Below, one piece after another: positions 1 through 7,266 of a stretch of DNA of 9,961 nucleotides. Source of the stretch: Octopus sinensis (lineage: Eukaryota); NCBI RefSeq assembly GCF_006345805.1, contig NW_021827722.1, forward strand, positions 1 to 9,961, in the 5' to 3' direction. Both the position numbers and the translations under genes were made by a program. Each line of letters opens with the position of its first letter. The stretch's first letter is position 1. The notes under the pieces are model-generated. The model saw only the letters and a program-made list of their open reading frames with translations, was not told where the DNA came from and ran no database searches.

Positions 1-41
1 TCTATATACGTATGTGTGTTTGAGATCGTTCGGCAACACAT

Positions 42-225
42 TTTGACGACCGTTGTTAGTTCGTTAACGGCCTTGTAACTTAGTAGTTTGACAAAGGGAT
101 CGAAAGGATAGATACCATGTTTCCCAAAATAAGTACCGTAGTCGACTCGTTTGATTAATTTCCTTCAAGGCGGTGGGTGCCCCAGCATGAACACCGTCCA
201 CTGAAGGAAACAAAAGATGATAGAT
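42..225 (+). mobile_element. Degenerate 3' half of an octopus-type tRNA-derived SINE (family 1)
   Basis: Shows the same motif order as the copies at 2569-2790 (minus) and 8051-8143: ttgacgacc..gtaacttag..aataagtacc..gtcga(141)..ttcaaggcggtg..gccccagcatg..gaaacaaaagatgata. Family identity is recalled from octopus repeats, not searched. Confidence 0.75.
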
Positions 226-252
226 TAAAAAGTGTAAGCATGCATATAATAT

Positions 253-526
253 TGGTTCCGGCTTTAGCCCCCACCCTGCGTGGCACCTTGGGCAAGTGTC
301 CTCTACTATAGCCTTCGGCTGACCAAAGCCTTGTGAGTGGATTTGGTAGACGGAAACTGAAAGAAGCTCATTGTATATATATATATAAATATGTGAGTGT
401 GTGTTAGTGTGTATGTCTGTGTGCATGTGTATGTGTGTGTATGCGTGTATTTGCGTGTGTGTGTATCTATTTATATGTGCCTGTCTCCCACCTTGACAAC
501 CGGTGTTAGTGTGTTTGTGTATAGTT
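253..526 (+). mobile_element. SINE family 1 fragment: end of tRNA-like head, body and internal (TA)/(TG) linker; 3' half missing
   Basis: tggttccgg..ctgcgtggcaccttgggcaag is shared with 3363-3403. It continues gtgtcctctactatagcc..gaccaaagccttgtgagtggatttggtagacggaaactgaaagaagc, then a simple-repeat linker (374-478), then gtctccca..ttgacaaccggtgttagtgtgttt, which matches the reverse complement of 2740-2780. Confidence 0.8.
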
Positions 527-1380
527 GTGCAAATTATAGTTGCTAAGACGATCACACTGACGAATTTGCGGATGATTACGCAATGCATTGACAACGAAAC
601 CTGGTTTGTGATTAATCTATATTTTGTATCTTCTCATTTGTACTTGCTCGCTTACGTTCTGGCGTTTGTTAAATTTTATTGAGAACATTCTTTTCTTAGT
701 GGTTAGACCATAGCGGATCTTCTTCTAGCATAATGTATGTCCACTTAGTGGTTACCTCCTCTTATATGTATGTAATATAATTTTACTGAAACTTCAGATT
801 TTTCAATATGATAAGCCACTAGTTTTAAATTGATATTAATCAAATTAATATTCAATTTTTCACGCTTATTATTTTAAATTTAAATTTAAATAGCTATGTT
901 CTCTAACCGGCAAAATTCACTGCAGAAATATCTCCGGTAGTTTGGCGCGCCAGAGCGATGGCTTTTGAAAAGTGGATCTAATTGTAATTGGTAGAACTGT
1001 ATACATGTTCAATCTCATGCGGACGTCTCGTGTATAGTTCTGCAAATTTTAGTTGCTAGGACGATCACACTGACGAGTTTGCGGATGATTACGTAAATGA
1101 TTACGTAAGCGATAACAACGAAACCGGGTTTGTGATTAATCTATATTTTGTATCTTTTCATTTGTCTTGCTCGCTTACGGTCTGGCGTTGAGAACATTCT
1201 TTTCTTAGTGGTTAGACCATAGCGGATCTTCTCCTAGCATAATGGATGTCCATTTACAGGTCATCCCTTTTATGTGTATGTAATATAATTTTTCTGAAAC
1301 TTCAGATTTTTCAATATGCTAGACCACTGGTTTTAAATTGATATTAACAAAATTAATATTCAGTTTTTGACCCTTATTAT
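527..1380. repeat. Diverged direct (tandem) duplication: 527-872 vs 1030-1380, offset 503 bp
   Basis: Both copies start gtgtatagtt(g/c)tgcaaatt and end cttattat. They are collinear over about 350 bp at roughly 85-90% identity by eye. Copy 2 has a 12-bp internal duplication (atgattacgtaa x2, 1085-1108) and lacks 14 bp present in copy 1 (around 666-679). Confidence 0.95.
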
Positions 1381-1409
1381 ATATATATATACATATACAC
1401 ACACACACA

Positions 1410-1591
1410 CGAGGGGTGCTGAATAGCTTCTGGATTGGGGTAAAAGGAAATACAGGAGAATCTCAAATTCACACTCCTATTGCAGCGGTTCTTCAGTTTA
1501 TCTAGGCCCTGTAAAAGAATTCGGAAGGTTTGGCCTCCAACCAGGCCTTTCGCTATACCCTTCAAGCCAGGAACATTTCAGCAACTCCTCA
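1410..1591 (-). mobile_element. Non-autonomous mariner-derived MITE (~182 bp) retaining the transposase C-terminal coding remnant
   Basis: Imperfect TIRs: cgaggggtgctgaatagcttctggattg (1410) vs reverse complement of the right end, tgaggagttgctgaaatgttcctggcttg (about 21/29). TA at 1592-1593 and CA at 1408-1409. The minus strand reads KAWLEAKPSEFF/LQGLDKLKNRCNRSVNLR across a frameshift, matching the mariner C-terminal pattern W..Q..FY..GI.KL..RW.KC. Confidence 0.8.
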
Positions 1592-1845
1592 TATATAAGT
1601 ATATGTATGTGTGTGTCTGTATGTATACATGTATGCATGTATGTATCTATGTCTGTCTGTCTGTCTGCCTGTCTGTCTGTCTGCCTGTATGTATGTATGT
1701 ATGTATGTATGTATGTATGCATGTATGTATGTATAAATGTCTGTCTGTCAGTGTGTGTGTGTATGTATGTATGTATTTATGTATGTATGTATGTATGTTG
1801 GCCTGTATGTATGTATGTTGGTCTGTATGTACGCATGTGCGTGAG
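1592..1845. repeat. Compound microsatellite (TATG)n/(TCTG)n/(TG)n
   Basis: Directly visible; it generates the spurious MYVC-rich ORFs 1480-1959, 1498-1722 and 1607-1936. Confidence 0.97.
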
Positions 1846-2044
1846 CATATTGGCTGTAAATATCTTCACTTGGCAGCCATTTTTCTCTTCTTTATTTTTA
1901 CGCTGTCAATTTTGCCGTGGTCTTTACGACCATTAAAAAAGCCGAGAGGTGGGTTATAATGATCCACTGTAATAAAGTGCATCTTGTTCACAGATACAAT
2001 TAGGTAATTGCTTGCAGAAAAAGAGAAAGCGAGAACGGCCGAAT

Positions 2045-2087
2045 GTGTATGCGTATGTGTGTCTGTGCGTGCCTATGCTTGTGTGTG

Positions 2088-2126
<39 letters not shown>

Positions 2127-2170
2127 GAGAGAGAGAGGGCGATATAGGGAGAGAGGAAGGGAGGGTGAGA
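2045..2170. repeat. (TG)n followed by (AG)n purine tract
   Basis: Directly visible tandem dinucleotides. Confidence 0.95.
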
Positions 2171-2568
2171 TTGCGTTGTGGTAAGAATGAGACAGAAGTG
2201 GGGTGAGATAAAGAGGAAGTTGCAGGATGCTATGATAAATCAATTATTTTGTAATCACTTCCGCTATTATAGGGGACGAAATAACAGCTGTTTTATCGGC
2301 AACTTCTTAACTTTTCTCCGCTTCAACACACACATGAAAATAAATACGCAATCTCTAAAATACATTCAAGTATTAAAGAAACGTATAGCCACTACAAGCA
2401 ACACAATACACAAATAAAGTTTACACACGCAAACACTCATACACATTTAGTCCTAAGGCCCTGAAGCTGACATGGCATTTGGAAAAACCTTGTCACTTTC
2501 TGCGGGATAAACTTGCATTCAGTGAAAAAGACTTTATATCTCAATTGAAAAATATACATGCATATATA

Positions 2569-2828
2569 CGTATCTTTTATCTTATTTTTTTTTTTACTTC
2601 TTTCGGTCATTTGACTGCGGCCATGCTGCTGCATCGCCTTAAAAATTTTTAGTCGAACAAATCGACCGCAAGACTTATTTTAGAGCCTGGTACCTCTTTT
2701 GTCGGACCGGATGCTGAACCGCTATGTTACGGAGACGTAAATACACCAACACCGGTTGCCAAATGGTACTGGGAGACAAACAGACATAAACACACACACA
2801 CACCACACACACACATATATATATATAT
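2569..2828 (-). mobile_element. SINE family 1, 3' half plus simple-repeat linker, minus strand
   Basis: The reverse complement reads gtctccca..ggcaaccggtgttggtgtatttacgtctccgtaacatagcggttcagca..aaaataagtcttgcggtcgatttgttcgacta..aaggcgatgcagcagcatggccgcagtcaaatgaccgaaagaagtaaaa..ataagataaaagata. It aligns with 42-225, 480-526 and 8051-8143. Confidence 0.85.
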
Positions 2829-2847
2829 TAAAAAAATTTTTTTTAAA

Positions 2848-3281
2848 TTTTATCTAGTTTCAGCTCACGAGCTGTAGCCATACTGGGGCACCGCCATTTG
2901 GTGTTGCTACATGATTTTACTTCACGAATGCTGTTTAGCAATTGCCATTTGGTGCATGAGAGAGTTCGATGCAGCTGCCCTCATCTGCACCTCTTGCCGT
3001 GAAGTTGGTTCATCTGGGACACCTGACAGGAAGGGATCCAGTTTTATTTTAAAGACATCTGCATCCACTCCATGCAGGTCTCTAAGGTTCTTCGAGAGGA
3101 TATTGAAGAGCTGTGGGCCACGGAAGCCCAGGCTATCACAGTATCTTGTCCTACATCTTGATGGCAAATTTGGAGTCCTTGGCACTATGCAGTGGCGCCC
3201 AGTTCTGGCATTTGTGTAACTCTCGATGCCAAAGTTTGGAACGAGTCCTTCTAGGATCTTCCAGATGTATATTATGGTATA
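2848..3281 (-). mobile_element. 5'-truncated LINE (CR1/L2-group non-LTR retrotransposon): ORF2 C-terminus plus 3' UTR/tail
   Basis: Open minus frame 3281->2922: YTIIYIWKILEGLVPNFGIESYTNARTGRHCIVPRTPNLPSRCRTRYCDSLGFRGPQLFNILSKNLRDLHGVDADVFKIKLDPFLSGVPDEPTSRQEVQMRAAASNSLMHQMAIAKQHS*. The IIYIWKIL, RGP.LFN.L and FK..LD.FL motifs are typical of the post-RT C-terminal region of CR1-group ORF2. A short 3' UTR and an A-rich tail follow. Confidence 0.88.
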
Positions 3282-3328
3282 TATATATATATATATATAG
3301 ATATATATAATATATATATATATATATA
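3282..3328. repeat. (TA)n tract at the LINE 5' junction
   Basis: Directly visible. Confidence 0.95.
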
Positions 3329-3329
3329 A

Positions 3330-3404
3330 GAGCAGGAGTGACTGCGTGGCTTACGAACCACATGGTTCCGGGTTCAGTTCCACTGCGTGGCACCTTGGGC
3401 AAGG
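3330..3404 (+). mobile_element. tRNA-derived SINE family 1 5' head, truncated
   Basis: gagcaggagtgactgcgtgg (A-box-like), then accacatggttccgggttcagttcc (B-box-like GGTTCAGTTCC, 3371-3381), then actgcgtggcaccttgggcaag, shared with 253-300. Confidence 0.75.
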
Positions 3405-3520
3405 GTCGGATCTAGCCTTTCTCATTCGCAAAATGAGCCCCCACCCCACCCACTTAATCTTGCTCAGATTGCTTTCAATTTTGATGTATCGATGCAACTC
3501 TGAATGTTGATTACGATTAA

Positions 3521-3741
3521 CCAATTACTTTATCTCGTAAAATAAAGAACCTGATGTTATTTGGAATCGAATTTGGGAAATTTGGGTAATTTTAACCAAT
3601 CAACAGACAGCGTGGCATTAGCAGCTTGTTACCATGACAACCGCTAGCTGTGTTGTGGTTCACTGTCGTCTGTGCCTCTGTTGCCCACGTTGATTTTACA
3701 CACTTGATTCTTCACACCACGAAATTCTTTTCCCCCACGTG
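3521..3741 (+). promoter_or_regulatory. Candidate promoter/enhancer island: two CCAAT boxes, RFX X-box, E-box
   Basis: CCAAT at 3521-3525 and AACCAATCA at 3594-3602. GTTACCATGACAAC at 3628-3641 fits the X-box consensus GTHNYY-AT-RRNAAC. CACGTG at 3736-3741. The stretch is non-repetitive and locally CpG-richer (about 7 CpG in 3600-3780). Strand is inferred only from motif order. Confidence 0.45.
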
Positions 3742-3779
3742 TTTTGTTTTAATACTGGCTCGCTTTAAGTTGTTTACCT

Positions 3780-3822
3780 ATATTTACACACACATACACA
3801 CACACATATGCGGTACGATCTG

Positions 3823-3853
<31 letters not shown>

Positions 3854-3863
3854 GGGGGGGGGG
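3780..3863. repeat. (CA)n/(TA)n microsatellite ending in a G10 run (3854-3863)
   Basis: Directly visible. Confidence 0.9.
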
Positions 3864-4120
3864 ATAAAAATCCTCATGCTTTCTTGTTTCAAGACGATGG
3901 AACATGATCAGAAGGATATGAAGTGGTTATCAGGGAACAAAAACCTGTCGTTTTCCAGCGCACATTTGCTATATAATATACATACATCTATGCAGAGACA
4001 GGCGCGCGCGCGCATCTACAAGGAAGCGCACAGACACACACACACAAAAACACTCACACGCACACACACATACACAGTTGTGGACATAGATATATAAAAT
4101 TTGTCACATATATACATAGC

Positions 4121-4287
4121 TATTTCTTTATTACCCACAAGGGGCTAAACACAGAGAGGACAAACAAGGACAGACAAACGGATTAAGTCGATTACATCGA
4201 CCCCAGTGCGTAACTGGTACTTTAATTGATCGACCCCGAAAGAATGAAAGGCAAAGTTGACCTCGGTGGAATTTTAACTCAGAACGT
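4121..4287 (-). mobile_element. Second SINE family (family 2), 5'-truncated, minus strand
   Basis: The reverse complement reads acgttctgagttaaaattccaccgaggtcaactttgcctttcattctttcggggtcgatcaattaaagtaccagttacgcactggggtcgatgtaatcgacttaatccgtttgtctgtccttgtttgtcctctctgtgtttagccccttgtgggtaataaagaaata. It has a B-box-like gagttaaaattcc and shares the actggggtcgat core with family 1, but its 3' tail is different. Confidence 0.8.
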
Positions 4288-4291
4288 TGTA

Positions 4292-4680
4292 TCGTTGCTA
4301 TTATGCAAAGTTGTCGTAAGTTCAAAACGTTGCTTTTTCAGAAAACGAAAAGATAGTTTCACCATTCCATTTCTTTTTACTTTAGCAACTGTTTCAGCTT
4401 AACAATAATACTTTGTTGGGTGCATAAAATCATGACCCCATGCATGCATGATATTTTCAGTCAGAAATATTTTTGCAAAACTGTCGTATGTGGGAGTTAC
4501 TACACTTTTGCAAAATGCTAAACCGTTGTACTACACTTTGACAATCTTCATATCTTGAAGCAGCTGGAGATACGATAGTTTGACCAAAGGAACCGGCTAT
4601 TGCAAACAAAATTAAATATTGAAAAAAAATGCATTTGGCCAAAGTCGGACATACGACTGTTTAACATAATAGCAACGGGA
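4292..4680. mobile_element. Candidate non-autonomous DNA transposon (MITE) with ~28-bp imperfect inverted repeats
   Basis: cgttgctattatg at 4293-4305 is the exact reverse complement of 4665-4677. The match extends inward to 22/28 (4293-4320 vs 4650-4677). TA flanks both ends (4290-4291, 4681-4682). An internal direct copy of the inner motif lies at 4474-4490. Confidence 0.5.
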
Positions 4681-5084
4681 TATAAAAATGTGGCAAAATT
4701 CTGTAATTCTTTAAAAACGATATTTAGTACTGAATCATGAAACAGCACATACATGAATATATAACAAAGAAAAAAATATAAACAAAAGTAAAACAGTGTA
4801 AAACAAGATGATAAAAACCAAAAAAAAACAAAAAAAGTAATAATGGCGGATTTATTTCCTATTTATTTAGTTTTTCTTATTTTGTTGTCATGGCAATATT
4901 CTGTGTATTGTTGAGAAATAATACATCAGAATCGGAATGGTCAGAAAAACGTCCGATTATCTTCTCAGATAATCTTGAAGACAATAAAAAGAAATTGAAA
5001 AAAAAAAAGAGAGAAATCTCATTACTCATTCATCGTCTTACAAAATAAACGATGTATTCTAACCGCCATTTATATATAGCTTTG

Positions 5085-5114
5085 TGCAATACATACATAC
5101 ATACGTATATATAT

Positions 5115-5155
<41 letters not shown>

Positions 5156-5237
5156 TATATATTATATATAATATATATATTACATATATATATATATATA
5201 TATCTATATATAATAATATAAAACATACACACACAAC

Positions 5238-5281
<44 letters not shown>

Positions 5282-5629
5282 TGTATGTTTCATATCCATT
5301 TCAATGTATCTATCATATCTCGTTCTCCTCTCTCTCCTCGATATATAATATATATACATACATATAGATAAATAAATAGATAGATAGATAGATAGATAGA
5401 GGGAGAGATAAATAGATAGATCGATAAATATAGATATAGATATATGTATTTGTGTATGTATATATATGTTTACATATATATGTCTAACTGTCCATCTCTT
5501 TATCACTCTCTCTTCTCACTCCCCCTCTCTCTTTCTGCATATATATATATATTTATAGGTATATATGTGTGTGTATGTGTGTGTATATATGTGCGTGTGT
5601 ATGTGTGAGTGTATATACAGATAGATAAG

Positions 5630-5681
<52 letters not shown>

Positions 5682-5712
5682 CTATATATATATATATATT
5701 ATATATATATAT
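5085..5712. repeat. Large compound microsatellite block (TA)n/(TAGA)n/(TC)n/(TG)n
   Basis: Directly visible; it is the source of the ORFs 5059-5241 and 5204-5506. Confidence 0.97.
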
Positions 5713-5993
5713 GTATATTATATACCGTTTTTTTCCTCCTGTATTTGATTTTTTTTCTGTATTCCGTTCAGAAGTGTATATAAATATATTAAAACTTTTA
5801 TTGGTTGTTGTCGACGTTGTTGTAGATAGTATAGTTATAGGTGTTGCTATTGTTGTTTTTGTTGTGCTTGGTGTCCATTGGGATACATTTTTTTTCTTAA
5901 AGTATTTTCAACATTTTTCTTATATTTTTTTATTTCATAAATATATCTGTGTGCTTGTTTTCTGTTGATAATGTACAAGTATCCTTCGATATA

Positions 5994-7208
5994 TTGGGTT
6001 GGCAACTAAGTTCCGCCGTTTTTTAACTTTAAATTTTTTTAACGGTTTAATAAAAAAAAAATAACAACTGATTAATCAATAATGTATTCACCCTTGTTGT
6101 TTACAACTTCTTCCCAATACCTCTTTGGTGGAAAATTGATCCAACCAAGTTCTCAATTCTTCATCAGTATTGAACTCCGCGCAGAGCATTTGGAAGAGAT
6201 CGAAAGAGGTGGAAATCCGTTGGTGCCAAATCAGGAGAGTACGGCGGGTGTGGCAGCACCTCCAGCCATGCGTTTGAATGGCTTCCTTGGTCATAATGGT
6301 GATATGAGGGCGGGCGTTGTCGTGCAGCAGAAGAACTCCATGTTGCCGATTAGGTCTTTTCTCTTGAATTACCGTGATGAGTTGTTCCATCTGTTGAACA
6401 TAGAGCTCCGCGTTGACCGTTTGGTTCCGTTCAAGCAATTCGTAATGGATAATCTCTTCCCAGGCCCAACATCGTTTTACGCGGATGAATATCTTGTTTC
6501 ACGCGCGGTGGCTTGTTTACTGGCGCTAAGCCATTCCTTACGCTGCTTCATATTAATGTACGGGCACCATTTTTCGTCGCCAGTAACGATTCGGTAAAGA
6601 AATCGTTGCTTGTGTCCATGAGTGGAGCGGTAACGAGCAAACCAGCGGAGATTGTGGCTCGTTGATTGTCATTTAAAGCATGCGGAACTCATGCTCCATA
6701 CTTTCCTTTCCCATAGAGTGAAGATGCTTCTCTATAGCAGTGTGGAAGCATTCCATTTTCTCTGCCAGTTCCCTTGACGTTTGACGAGAATTTTCGTGCT
6801 AAAATTGGTTTAATCGCTCTTCATCGAACTCAACTGGACGGCCAGATCGAAGTGCGTTTTTGAGATCAAAATTTCCATTTTTTAACTTGGCATACCAATC
6901 ACAAGCGGTTCTTTCAGCTTTGGCACCCTCTCCATACACAGCACAAATGTCGCGAGCAATTTTTGAGGCCTTAGAACCTTGATTAAAAACAAAACGAAGG
7001 AGGTGTCGAAAATGCTCGTTTTTCTTAACTTGACACTCCATTTTAATGATCTGAAAATAAGCAAAAATTAACTAAAATTAACTAGAAAAAAAAAAAAATT
7101 TCAAAATCATTCAAAATTATAATTCTTGAAAAGAAAATAGAATCCCAAATTTTAAAACGCAACAAATTCCCAAATTAAAAATCGCCGGGAACTTAGTTGC
7201 CAACCCAA
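5994..7208 (-). mobile_element. Near full-length, disabled mariner (Tc1/mariner, DD34D) transposon, 1215 bp
   Basis: Perfect 21-bp TIRs ttgggttggcaactaagttcc (5994-6014; reverse complement at 7188-7208). TA target duplication at 5992-5993 and 7209-7210. An internal transposase pseudogene lies on the minus strand. Confidence 0.97.
6072..7041 (-). pseudogene. Mariner transposase pseudogene (mellifera-subfamily-like)
   Basis: ATG at 7041 gives MECQVKKNEHFRHLLRFVFNQG..CAVYGEGA..RSGRPVEFD. (W)VPHAL at 6674-6691 has W->TGA. Further motifs: TGDEKW 6567-6584, HDNARPH 6304-6324, YSPDLAPTD 6215-6241 (34 residues between D2 and D3 after repairing one frameshift), and the C-terminus WEEVVNNKGEYIID* (stop 6072-6074). 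Premature TAG at 6799-6801, several frameshifts and a deletion near the C-terminus. Confidence 0.96.
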
Positions 7209-7228
7209 TATGTATTATATATATATAA

Positions 7229-7266
<38 letters not shown>

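Noticed and set aside
64-594. 176-aa minus ORF
   Set aside because: It runs antisense through two SINE fragments and a (TG)/(TA) tract; the THTHIH composition is a microsatellite artefact.
528-692. Plus frame CIVVQIIVAKTITLTNLRMITQCIDNETWFVINLYFVSSHLYLLAYVLAFVKFY* (membrane-protein-like)
   Set aside because: It has no start or clear splice sites, and the duplicate copy breaks the frame with a stop and indels. The hydrophobicity is explained by T-richness.
1480-2206. ORFs 1480-1959, 1498-1722, 1607-1936 and 2012-2206
   Set aside because: They are translations of (TATG)n, (TCTG)n, (TG)n and (AG)n repeats.
2451-2568. Possible exon PKALKLTWHLEKPCHFLRDKLAFSEKDFISQLKNIH after tttag
   Set aside because: The acceptor lacks a pyrimidine tract, there is no convincing donor, I recognise no domain, and the frame runs into a SINE tail. 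Worth only a quick tBLASTn.
2911-3402. ORFs 2911-3219 (+), 3113-3310 (+) and 3151-3402 (-)
   Set aside because: They are antisense or alternative frames of the LINE fragment, (TA)n and the SINE head.
3405-3435. Possible chimera of the family 1 head with the family 2 body (ggtcggatctagcctttc ~ ggtcaactttgcctttc)
   Set aside because: The similarity is too short and does not continue.
4131-4325. 64-aa minus ORF
   Set aside because: It lies on SINE family 2 and the MITE end; it is not a gene.
5711-5968. 85-aa Val-rich hydrophobic ORF
   Set aside because: Low-complexity (GTT)n-like, T-rich sequence next to a (TA)n tract.
6082-6597. 171-aa plus-strand ORF
   Set aside because: It is antisense to the mariner transposase catalytic region, a common by-product of codon structure, with no independent support.
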